DNA from: Candidatus Latescibacterota bacterium
GTDB taxonomy: Bacteria; Latescibacterota; UBA2968; UBA8231
Assembly (NCBI GenBank): GCA_964291625.2
Contig: OZ220089.1
Span: forward strand, 3,424,001 to 3,488,000
Reading direction: 5' to 3'
Length of the DNA stretch: 64,000 nucleotides
Under the pieces are notes generated by a model, which saw nothing but the letters and a program-made list of their open reading frames with translations, did not search any database and was not told where the DNA came from. Of this stretch, positions 10,064 to 18,534 are shown piece by piece (the first letter of the stretch is position 1; each line of letters starts with the position of its first letter). Made by a program: the position numbers and the translations under genes.

Positions 10064-10783
10064 TCAGTCCAGCAGGCCGGCGCGCAGCCGCGTCACCTCC
10101 TCCGCGGACAGGCCGATGGTGCGCACGAAGGGCTCGATGCCGTCGTACTTGCCGTTCAGGTGCTCGAGGACGATCTCCATGGCCCTCCGGGGCGAGGCCT
10201 GCTCCTGGTACTCCTTCCGGGTCCGGGGGTCACCCTCCTCCAGGCGGTGGACGAGGAACCAGCCGCTGAGACCGTAGTCCTCGGCGATCACGTCGTCGGG
10301 CACCCCCGCCAGGCCGAGGAGCAGGGCCGCGGTGACGCCGGTGCGGTCCTTGCCGGCGGCGCAGTTGAAGAGGGCGGGAACGGCCCCGGGCGCGGCGAGG
10401 GCCCGCAGGGTGTCGCGCACCTGCTCGCGGCGCACCTCGAGCCACTGGCAGTAGATGTCGCCGATCCGCTCGGCGCCTTCGAGCAGTGGCTGGGAGGGGT
10501 CGATGGGGCTCTCGCCGACGTAGTCCACCTGGAGGTAGTCGACCCCCTCCAGGGCCGCGAAGACGCTGGGCCTCTCGGCCAGCTCCCTGTCCCTCCTCAG
10601 GTCGACGACGGTGCGCAGCCCCAGGTCCAGCAGCTCGTCGCGGGCGGAGTCCGCGAGCTGGTGGAGGCCGTCGGCGCGCAGGAACCGGCGCCACTGAGTG
10701 GTGCGGCCGTCGGCCGCCGGATAACCGCCGAGATCGCGGACGTTCAGGGTGCCTTCGAGAGGCAGGTGCCGGCGTGGGTCCAT
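10064..10783 (-). CDS. Tyrosine-protein phosphatase family protein (copy 2, tandem paralog)
   Basis: MDPRRHLPLEGTLNVRDLGGY...FNCAAGKDRTG; C-terminal part of ORF 10064..11851. Confidence 0.9.
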   Translation of the reverse strand: MDPRRHLPLEGTLNVRDLGGYPAADGRTTQWRRFLRADGLHQLADSARDELLDLGLRTVVDLRRDRELAERPSVFAALEGVDYLQVDYVGESPIDPSQPLLEGAERIGDIYCQWLEVRREQVRDTLRALAAPGAVPALFNCAAGKDRTGVTAALLLGLAGVPDDVIAEDYGLSGWFLVHRLEEGDPRTRKEYQEQASPRRAMEIVLEHLNGKYDGIEPFVRTIGLSAEEVTRLRAGLLD

Positions 10784-10800
10784 GGGAGCGGTCGTGTCCT

Positions 10801-11883
10801 TCAGGAAGAGTGGGGGAAGAGGGGCATGGTGCGCGCCTCCTCGACGCTCTGCTCGCGGCCCGAGTTGTCGCCGCCGAGCCAGCGGTAGCGGGTCGGGTAG
10901 AGGGTGAGGGAGCGATCCTGCAGGGGCAGGGAGACCGGGACTGCGTTGCGCAGGGCGGACTCCCGGGCGGCGATGGCGACCTCGAGGGACTGGAGCAGGT
11001 CGCGGCCGGAGATGCGCAGCTCGCCGCCGTGGCGGACGACGTCGATGAAAGAGCGGATCGAGGTGCCCAGGTAGGTGAAGCGCGGGTACTCGATAGGCTT
11101 GTACGGGCGCTCGACGCGGATGCGGGCGCCGGAAGCGTCGAAGCCCTGCCAGATCTCCGGCAGCGCCCAGCTCCAGCGCACGAGGGCGTCGTCGGTCCAG
11201 ACGTCCACGCCGCGGCAGGGGTCGCGGGAGCTGAAGACGGGGCACTCGATGCCGCTGCTGAGGCGGAAGAGGCCGTTGATGGCGAGGTCCTTGTCGGTGC
11301 CGGACTCCAGGGCCTCCCGGGGCGAGCCCCAGGCGGTGACCTCGGCCACCTCGGCGCCGGTGAACAGGCGCATCACGGCGATCTGCTGGCAGCCGCCGCC
11401 GGAGATCTCGGTGCTCAAGGAGTGGACGGCGGCGCCCCGCAGCTCGCCGAAGTCGCCGGCCCGCAGCCAGGCGGCGGCCTCCTGCACCTCGCTCATGGCG
11501 CGCACCAGGTTGCCGCCGGCGAAGACGACGCCCCGGGACTCGCAGGCCTCGATCATGGCGTCCACGTCGGCCAGCCGGGCGCCGATCGGCTTGTCCGTGG
11601 AGACGCCGCGCACGCCGGCCTCGGCGCTGGCGGTGACGGCCTCCTGGATGAACTTGGCGGGCAGGACCACGGCGGCCAGATCCGGGGTCATGCGGCGGTA
11701 GAGCTCCTCCACGTCGGCGAAGAGGCCGTCGACGCCGAAGCGCTCGCCCACGGCCTGGCGGCGGCCCGGGTTGGGCTCGACGAGGGCCACGACCTCGGTG
11801 TCGGGGAGGATGTTGTAGACCTCGACGTAGTGCTGGCCCAGGCGGCCGCACCCGATGATGGCGACGGTCAGCTTGTCAGTCAT
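10801..11883 (-). CDS. Gfo/Idh/MocA-family oxidoreductase
   Basis: VAIIGCGRLG Rossmann motif; DKP motif. Confidence 0.85.
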   Translation of the reverse strand: MTDKLTVAIIGCGRLGQHYVEVYNILPDTEVVALVEPNPGRRQAVGERFGVDGLFADVEELYRRMTPDLAAVVLPAKFIQEAVTASAEAGVRGVSTDKPIGARLADVDAMIEACESRGVVFAGGNLVRAMSEVQEAAAWLRAGDFGELRGAAVHSLSTEISGGGCQQIAVMRLFTGAEVAEVTAWGSPREALESGTDKDLAINGLFRLSSGIECPVFSSRDPCRGVDVWTDDALVRWSWALPEIWQGFDASGARIRVERPYKPIEYPRFTYLGTSIRSFIDVVRHGGELRISGRDLLQSLEVAIAARESALRNAVPVSLPLQDRSLTLYPTRYRWLGGDNSGREQSVEEARTMPLFPHSS

Positions 11884-12113
11884 GGGCGGCTAATGTGGGC
11901 CACGGCGGGGGCTGCCGCCAGTCGCCGCCTGCCCGCCCGCGGGAGCCTGCCCCGGCCCGGCGGCCGTCTGCGGGCCTTCCGCGAGTCCCGCCCCGGGCCG
12001 GTGGCCGCGGAGGACCTCCCCCCGGCTGGCGGCCGTCCCGCGGGGGGATTGCCGCGAGTCCTGCCCCCGGGCCGGCGGGGCCGTATACTTCGCGCCTTCC
12101 AGGGAGGACCTCC

Positions 12114-12746
12114 ATGCTGACGATCGACGGAAAGCAGGTCTGCGAGAGCCTGGCGGAGGTGGTCGACCCGTCGCGGGCGGCGCTGGCCGTGATCGACATC
12201 GAGAACGTCCCCCGGTGGGACGAGGGTTCCGACCGGGTCATCTTCGACAAGGTGAAGCTCCTCACCGCCGCGGCCCGGCGCCGCGGGGTGCCCGTGTTCT
12301 ACTTCTACAACCACCGCAACCGCGGCCTCACCGACGCCTCCGCCGCGGTGATCCGCACCTGGCTCAACCTCGGCCACCGCCCCGACAGCTTCCACGAGGA
12401 TTTCGAGCCGGACTACGACCTGGTGCGGGTCCACCCCGGCCTGGAGCCGCGGGAGGGCGACCACGTCCTGCCCAAGCACCGCGGCTGCGCCTTCGAGGGC
12501 ACCGACTTCGACCTCATGCTGCGCGCCCTGCGCCGGGAGAGCGTCGTCCTCGTGGGCTGCTCCACCGACTGGTGCCTGGAGGCCACCGCCTGGAGCGCCA
12601 CCAACAAGGACTACTATGTCGCCGTCGTGGAGGACTGCACCCGCTCCCCGCGCCCGCACGGCCACGAGGCGGCCCTGCGCCAGTTCCGGGAGATCGGGCT
12701 GGACCTGACGACCTCGGAGGAACTGCTGGGGCTGTGGGAGGGGTAG
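12114..12746 (+). CDS. Isochorismatase/cysteine hydrolase family protein
   Basis: ALAVIDIEN, KHRGCAFEGT, GCSTDWCLEATA (D-K-C triad); GGAGG RBS before ATG 12114. Confidence 0.88.
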   Translation: MLTIDGKQVCESLAEVVDPSRAALAVIDIENVPRWDEGSDRVIFDKVKLLTAAARRRGVPVFYFYNHRNRGLTDASAAVIRTWLNLGHRPDSFHEDFEPDYDLVRVHPGLEPREGDHVLPKHRGCAFEGTDFDLMLRALRRESVVLVGCSTDWCLEATAWSATNKDYYVAVVEDCTRSPRPHGHEAALRQFREIGLDLTTSEELLGLWEG

Positions 12747-12796
12747 GCGGGGGGGGGGGGCGATGCGGCCCCGGGGGGGCGTGTCACCTACTAATT

Positions 12797-12825
12797 TCCT
12801 ACTAATTCATGCAGAATTAGTAGGA
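12797..12825. repeat. AT-rich 12-bp perfect inverted repeat with an extra direct copy
   Basis: TCCTACTAATTC-atgca-GAATTAGTAGGA; CCTACTAATT is also at 12787-12796. Confidence 0.8.
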
Positions 12826-12976
12826 GAGGCCGGACTCCCAAAGGGAATCGTGCGCACTGCCTGCGCCGCCTCAGCGCGGGAAGAGGCTCACCTGACCTCA
12901 TGCGGTCTTGACCACGAATCCAGGGTTGATGAGGACATGCAGAACCGGCTTTGGGCCGCCAAGGGGAGGTAGCTCT

Positions 12977-14098
12977 GTGGCACACTTTCTGGACCTGTTT
13001 ACGCCTGAGACCTGGCACGCCTTTCGGGAGATAGGCGCAACGACTACCGGCTTTCGTGAACGACATCGACGATTCGCAGAGGGGCGCGTCAGCCAGGGCG
13101 ACATTTTCCTCTGTTACCTGACTCGCTTGTCGCGCTGGTGCGGAGTGCTGCAAGCCGAGTCTGGGGCGTATCACGACAGCACCTCGATTCACCCGGATCT
13201 GGATCCTTTCCCGGTTCGATTCAAGGTCAAGCCAATCGTCATGCTGGAGCCCGAGTCGGCCATACCGATCTATGACGAGAGGGTGTGGAGTTCGCTGACC
13301 ATCACGAAGCACCACAAGAGGCGAACCCCTACCTGGACAGGGTTCTTCCGAGCGTCTCTCAACAAGCTTGAGGAAGAGGATGGGGAGTACTTGGTCGAAC
13401 TCTTGAAGGAGCAGCAATCGAGGCCAAGGAGCTACCCGCTCACCGACAAAGACAAACGTCAGCTCGCTGGGAGGAGGAAGGTTCCCACTCTGGATAGAGA
13501 GGTGGAGGTCGAGGTACCAGAGGAGGGAGATGAGGAGTCTTCTCTCGAACCGGAGATGGTCGAGCCTTCATCCAACCATCGGGAGTCGACTCGATATCAG
13601 GCAAAGGTAGCCCGAATCGGCGTTGAGATGGGGTTTCGCATCTGGGTGCCAAGGAACGACAAAGCGCGGGTTCTGGAGCTTGTCCCGACGGCCATGCACG
13701 AGAGCTTTCTGCCCAGACTGCCTCTGAACTACGACGACACGACCCTGAGAACCGTAGAGCAGATCGATGTGCTGTGGCTAAAGGGGCGTTCCATGGCCAG
13801 GGCGTTTGAGGTCGAGCACACAACTTCGATCTACTCAGGCTTGTTGAGGATGGCAGACTTATTGGCCCTTCAACCAAACATGGATATCCATCTGCACATT
13901 GTTGCCCCGCCAGACAAGCGGGAGAAAGTCCTACGCGAGATCCGGAGGCCCGTGTTCTCTCTCTTGGACCGGGCACCTCTATACGAGAGGTGCTCCTTCC
14001 TCTCATATGAATCAGTAGACTCGTTGGCTGAGGCGCCGCATCTGTCCCACATGAGCGACACGATCATTGGCGAATACGAGGAATCTGCGGAGGTGTAG
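12977..14098 (+). CDS. EVE/PUA-like domain plus PD-(D/E)XK-like nuclease (candidate modification-dependent restriction enzyme)
   Basis: GTG start after GGAGG. N-terminus FLDLFTPETW...GDIFLCY...WCG is EVE-like. C-terminus IDVLW...AFEVEHTTSIYSGLLRM. Visibly lower GC than flanks. Confidence 0.65.
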   Translation: MAHFLDLFTPETWHAFREIGATTTGFRERHRRFAEGRVSQGDIFLCYLTRLSRWCGVLQAESGAYHDSTSIHPDLDPFPVRFKVKPIVMLEPESAIPIYDERVWSSLTITKHHKRRTPTWTGFFRASLNKLEEEDGEYLVELLKEQQSRPRSYPLTDKDKRQLAGRRKVPTLDREVEVEVPEEGDEESSLEPEMVEPSSNHRESTRYQAKVARIGVEMGFRIWVPRNDKARVLELVPTAMHESFLPRLPLNYDDTTLRTVEQIDVLWLKGRSMARAFEVEHTTSIYSGLLRMADLLALQPNMDIHLHIVAPPDKREKVLREIRRPVFSLLDRAPLYERCSFLSYESVDSLAEAPHLSHMSDTIIGEYEESAEV

Positions 14099-14171
14099 GA
14101 GGAGGACTCAACGGCGATCGAGGTGATTTCTTCAAGCCCCGGACGGCCCCTATCGAAAGGCATAGATCCCC

Positions 14172-15374
14172 ATGAGCACCGTGACCATCCAGGACGTGCA
14201 GGTCATCGCCACCCAGCCGGCGGGAGCCCGGCTGGTGATCGTCAAGATCATCACCTCCGAGCCGGGGCTCCACGGCGTCGGGTGCGCCACCTTCACCCAG
14301 CGCTTCCGCGCCGTGATCGCCGCCGTGGAGCGGCACCTGAAGCCCCTGCTCATCGGGCGCGACGTGGACCGCATCGAGGAGATCTTCCAGCTCTCCTGCG
14401 TCAACGGCTACTGGCGCAACGGGCCGGTGCTGAACAACGCCATCTCCGGTGTCGACCAGGCCCTGTGGGACATCAAGGGCAAGCGCGCGGGCATGCCCGT
14501 CTACCAGCTTCTCGGGGGCAAGTGCCGCGAGGCGGCGGCCTGCTACGCCCACGCCGGCGGCGCCAGCAAGGAGGAGATCGTCGACTCGATCCGCGCCTTC
14601 CAGGAGCAGGGCTACCAGTACATCCGCGTGCAGCAGGGCGGGTACGGCGGTCTCGCGGCGGAGCGGCCGGCGCCCGAGGGCGCCCAGCCGGGGTCGTACT
14701 TCGATCCCCGCGGCTACATGCGCGCCCACCTGGAGGTCTTCGACCACGTGCGCGAGCAGTTGGGCTTCGAGGTGGAGCTGCTCCACGACGTGCATGAGCG
14801 CCTGGTCCCCATCGACGCGGTCGGCTTCGCCAAGGAGATGGAGCGCTTCCGGCTGTTCTTCCTGGAGGACCCGCTGGCCCCGGAGGACCTGGAGTGGTTC
14901 CGCAACATCCGCCAGCAGTGCTCGACGCCGATCGCCATGGGCGAGCTGTTCAACCACCCGCGCGAGTGGCAGCCGCTGATCGAGGACCGGCTCATCGACT
15001 TCCTGCGCATGCACGTGTCGCAGATGGGGGGCCTCACGCCGGCGCGCAACGTCGCCGCCTTCGGAGCGATGTACGGGATCCGCACCGCCTGGCACGGCCC
15101 CGGCGACGTCTCCCCCGTGGGGCATGCCGCCAACCTGCACCTGGACCTGTGGGCGCCGAACTTCGGGGTCCAGGAGTGGTGCCGGTTCCACGAACGCGTG
15201 GCCGAGATCTTCCCGGGCATGCCCGAGGTGCGCGGCGGCTACATGTATCCCAACGACCGGCCGGGTCTCGGGATCGAGGTGGACGAGGAGCTGGCGGCGA
15301 AGCATCCCTGCACCGACGGCGTCGAGACCTGGACGCAGACACGGCTGCCGGACGGCAGTCCGGCGCGGCCGTGA
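14172..15374 (+). CDS. Enolase-superfamily sugar-acid dehydratase (RspA/ManD-like)
   Basis: GYWRNGPVLNNAISGVDQALWDIKGK, LLHDVHER, FFLEDP, AMGEL, TAWHGPGD. Confidence 0.9.
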   Translation: MSTVTIQDVQVIATQPAGARLVIVKIITSEPGLHGVGCATFTQRFRAVIAAVERHLKPLLIGRDVDRIEEIFQLSCVNGYWRNGPVLNNAISGVDQALWDIKGKRAGMPVYQLLGGKCREAAACYAHAGGASKEEIVDSIRAFQEQGYQYIRVQQGGYGGLAAERPAPEGAQPGSYFDPRGYMRAHLEVFDHVREQLGFEVELLHDVHERLVPIDAVGFAKEMERFRLFFLEDPLAPEDLEWFRNIRQQCSTPIAMGELFNHPREWQPLIEDRLIDFLRMHVSQMGGLTPARNVAAFGAMYGIRTAWHGPGDVSPVGHAANLHLDLWAPNFGVQEWCRFHERVAEIFPGMPEVRGGYMYPNDRPGLGIEVDEELAAKHPCTDGVETWTQTRLPDGSPARP

Positions 15375-16327
15375 GGATCGGCATCGTCGGATCGGGGGGC
15401 ATGGCCCGCCGGCGGGGCCTGGCCTTCGCCGCCCTCGGCGGCTGCACCGTCCCGGCGGTGGCGGCGCGCAACCCGCAGACCGGCGCCGCCCTGGCCGGCG
15501 AGCTGGGCGCCCGGCAGCTTGGCGGGTGGGAGCCGCTGGTCGAGGGCGACCTGGTGGACGCGGTCGCCGTCTGCACCCACAACGACAGCCACGGGCAGAT
15601 CGCCCTGGCGGCGGTGGCGGCGGGCAAGCCGGTCTTCGTCGAGTATCCGCTGGCGCGGCGCGAGGCCGAGGTGGAGGCCCTGACCCGCGCCGGGGTGGAA
15701 GGCGGCAGCGTCGTGCGAGTGGCCCACGGGGAGGTGGTCAGCCCCGGGCATCGGGCCCTGCGGGATGCCGCGGCCGGTCTGGGCGATCTGATGGCGGCGG
15801 TCTTCGTGCGGCTCACGCCCGGCCGGGGGGCCCGCCCCGAGGTGCTGCTCAACCTGCCGGTGTCAGGGCCGCCGGCCCTGTTCTTCGTTTACCAGGTGTA
15901 CCCGCTGGTAGACCTCTTCGGTGCCGCCCGCTGGGTGGAGGCCTCGTGCCGCTACGAAGGGCTCGACCCCGCCACGGGGCGCTACCGCCGCTTCCAGAAC
16001 ACGGTCACCGCCGGTCTGGGCGGCGGCACGGCCACCTGGGTCTGGTCCGGCGGCGTCGAGATCGACGAGGCGGAGCAGTTCGAGCGGCTGGTCATGTCCG
16101 GCGGCACCCTGGTCCGCGCCGGCGGCGCGTGGTCGGTGGCCACGCCCTCGGGGCGGAAAGCGCTGGCGCCGGACGAGGGCCCAGCGGAGTCGCTGGAGCA
16201 GCTGTTCCTGCGGGACGTGCGGGGAGAGGAGACCGGTTGGCGGGCGGACTTGGCCACGGCGGCCGCCGCGGCGCGGCTGGGCCTGCGGGCCGAGCGCGCC
16301 ATGCAAGAGCGGGAGCGGAGCCGATGA
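15371..16327 (+). CDS. Gfo/Idh/MocA-family oxidoreductase
   Basis: VRIGIVGSGGMA, VCTHNDSH, GKPVFVEYP; GTG overlaps the upstream stop. Confidence 0.82.
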   Translation: MRIGIVGSGGMARRRGLAFAALGGCTVPAVAARNPQTGAALAGELGARQLGGWEPLVEGDLVDAVAVCTHNDSHGQIALAAVAAGKPVFVEYPLARREAEVEALTRAGVEGGSVVRVAHGEVVSPGHRALRDAAAGLGDLMAAVFVRLTPGRGARPEVLLNLPVSGPPALFFVYQVYPLVDLFGAARWVEASCRYEGLDPATGRYRRFQNTVTAGLGGGTATWVWSGGVEIDEAEQFERLVMSGGTLVRAGGAWSVATPSGRKALAPDEGPAESLEQLFLRDVRGEETGWRADLATAAAAARLGLRAERAMQERERSR

Positions 16328-17514
16328 AGATCCTGGTGGCCAACCTCGGCAGCACCTCCTTCAAGTACAAGCTCTTCGACATGCCCGGCGGCGAGGTGCT
16401 GGCCCGGGGAGGCATGGACCGCATCGGCGGCGCCGGCGCGTCCGTGCACGAGTACCGCCTCGGCGGCGGCGACCCGGTGGAGCAGGAGTGCGACCTGCCC
16501 GACCACGGGGCCGCCATCGACGAGGCCCTGAGGCGGCTCACTGGCGGCGGGGGGGCGCCTCTGGCGTCGGTGGAGGACCTGCAGGCGGTCGGCTTCAAGA
16601 CCGTCCACGCCCGGGGCATCACCGGCGTTGTGGAGCTGGACGAGGAGGTCCTGGGCCGGATGGAGGACTTCTACCGCCTGGCGCCGGCCCACAACCCGGC
16701 GTACGTGGCCGCCGTCCGCGGGTTCGCCCGGGTGGCGCCGCACGCGCCGCGGGTGGGCTGCTTCGAGCCGGCCTTCCACGGCACCGCCCCGCTGCGGCGG
16801 CAGCTCTACGCCGTCCCCTGGCACTGGTACGAGGAGTACGGCATCCGGCGCTACGGTTTCCACGGCGCCTCTCACCGCTACGCCGCCGAGAAGGTGCTGG
16901 AGTTGGCGGACACGGACCGCCTGCGCCACGTCAACTGCCACCTGGGCGGCTCCTCGTCCCTGTGCGCGGTGAAGGCCGGCCGGTCGCAGGGCGCCTCCCA
17001 CGGACTCAGCCCCCAGGGCGGGGTGCCGCAGAACAACCGCATCGGCGACCTCGACCCCTGGGCCCTGCAGGTGGTCTGCGACCGCGAGGGGATCTCCCTC
17101 GACGAGGCCCTGGAGGTCTGCGCCACCGAGGGCGGCCTTCTCGGGCTGAGCGGGGTCTCCAACGACATGCGCGACATCGAGGAGAAGGCCGCCGCCGGCG
17201 ACCGCCGCTGCGCCCTCGCCATCGAGGTCTACACCTCGTCGATCCGCGACTACCTCGGGGCCTTCGCAGTGGAGCTGGGGGGCCTGGACGCGATCAGCTT
17301 CACCGGCGGCATCGGCGAGCACTCCAGCCGGGTGCGCGCCCGGGTGCTGGCGGGCCTGGAGTTCCTCGGCGTCGAGTTGGACCCGGCGAGGAACGAGGCC
17401 GTCCGCGGCGAGGGGAGCCTGCACGCCGCCGGCAGCCGCGTGCGCCTGCACGTGCTGCGCACCGACGAGGAGTGGATCGTGGCCCGCCAGACCTTCGAGC
17501 TGCTCACGGGCTGA
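16324..17514 (+). CDS. ackA: Acetate/propionate kinase
   Basis: KILVANLGSTSFKYKLF, LAPAHNP, RRYGFHGASH, CHLGGSSS, GLLGLSGVSNDMRD, FTGGIGEHS. Confidence 0.93.
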   Translation: MKILVANLGSTSFKYKLFDMPGGEVLARGGMDRIGGAGASVHEYRLGGGDPVEQECDLPDHGAAIDEALRRLTGGGGAPLASVEDLQAVGFKTVHARGITGVVELDEEVLGRMEDFYRLAPAHNPAYVAAVRGFARVAPHAPRVGCFEPAFHGTAPLRRQLYAVPWHWYEEYGIRRYGFHGASHRYAAEKVLELADTDRLRHVNCHLGGSSSLCAVKAGRSQGASHGLSPQGGVPQNNRIGDLDPWALQVVCDREGISLDEALEVCATEGGLLGLSGVSNDMRDIEEKAAAGDRRCALAIEVYTSSIRDYLGAFAVELGGLDAISFTGGIGEHSSRVRARVLAGLEFLGVELDPARNEAVRGEGSLHAAGSRVRLHVLRTDEEWIVARQTFELLTG

Positions 17515-17593
17515 GGCGCCGCCAACCGGTCCCGACCTTCGGGCGGCGCCGGGCACCGGCCCTTATCTTGAGTGACCGCAGAGGAGACAAGCG

Positions 17594-17824
17594 ATGAGGT
17601 CATTCGACAGGATTACCATCGATCCCGCCGTCATGGGAGGTAAGGCGTGTCTTCGAGGTATGCGCGTGACAGTCGGCACTGTGGTCGGCCTGCTGGCGGC
17701 TGGCCGCTCACCCGAGGAGATTCTCCGAGCATACCCATATCTTGAGCGGGAGGACATCGATCAGTCCCTGGCCTACGCCGCCTGGAGGCTGGAGGAGCGC
17801 GAAGTTCCCCTCTCCGCGCCATGA
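17594..17824 (+). CDS. DUF433-family antitoxin
   Basis: RITIDPAVMGGKACLRGMRVTV...YPYLEREDI...ALAYAA pattern; GAGGAG RBS. Confidence 0.9.
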   Translation: MRSFDRITIDPAVMGGKACLRGMRVTVGTVVGLLAAGRSPEEILRAYPYLEREDIDQSLAYAAWRLEEREVPLSAP

Positions 17825-18058
17825 GGCTGAAACTCCTCGTGGACATGAACTTTGTCACCCGAATGGGTACCCGCTCTGAGTAAGCACGGATGGCAGGCCG
17901 TGCACTGGTCTACGGTGGGCGGTCCCAGGGCGAGCGACATGGACATCATGGGTTGGGCGGCTGCTCACCAATACGTCGTGTTCACTCACGATCTGGACTT
18001 TGGCACCATGCTGGCGCTCTCCCATGAGGCGGGGCCGAGTGTTGCCAATGTGATGTGA
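17821..18058 (+). pseudogene. DUF5615 PIN-like toxin, frameshifted and truncated
   Basis: MRLKLLVDMN, then a shift at a TTT run into LSPEW...VVFTHDLDFG...GPSV, then an early stop. Confidence 0.8.
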
Positions 18059-18172
18059 GGTTGCCGCAAGAGTGACCCGCAAGACGTCTTGGTCAGCAGG
18101 GGCCACCCCAGTGTCCCGGACTAGGCGTCAACGCCTTGGCTGATGCGCGAGTCTAACGCGAGGAGGATTCAC

Positions 18173-18408
18173 TTGAATCGGACATACACCGCCATTATTC
18201 AGCACCGCGACGGTTGGTGGATAGGTTGGGCCAAGGAAGTCAGGGGAGTGAACGCTCAGGAGAGGACCCGTGCAGAGCTTCTTGTCAGCCTCCGGTGCGC
18301 CTTTGAGGATATTCTGGTGACTACCAAACTTCCGTGCCTCGACACACGGAGATAAACGAGATTCTCGTACGCAAGATATGCTCAGACCTCGGCATTCCTA
18401 TCCCATAG
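18173..18408 (+). pseudogene. hicB-hicA remnant: HicB N-terminus joined by deletion to HicA C-terminus
   Basis: YTAIIQHRDGWWIGWAKEVRGVNAQERTRAELL (HicB-like), then in another frame SVPRHTEINEILVRKICSDLGIP* (HicA-like, 18331-18408). Confidence 0.75.
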
Positions 18409-18429
18409 CCCCCTGAGTATCGGTTACAT

Positions 18430-18497
18430 GACCTCGACCCTCGTGCCCTGCAGGTGGTCTGCGACCGCGAGGAGATCTCCCTCGACGAGGCCCTGGC
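18430..18497 (+). repeat. Duplicated internal fragment of ackA (copy of ~17047-17115)
   Basis: GCCCTGCAGGTGGTCTGCGACCGCGAGG.GATCTCCCTCGACGAGGCCCTGG is shared with ackA. Confidence 0.9.
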
Positions 18498-18534
18498 CCT
18501 GCGCCCTACCGGATCTTCTGTAAGGAGAGAACCC

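Noticed and set aside
12749-12760. Long G runs (also ~61048-61057) as phase-variation tracts
   Set aside because: They are intergenic, and homopolymer lengths look unreliable in this sequence.
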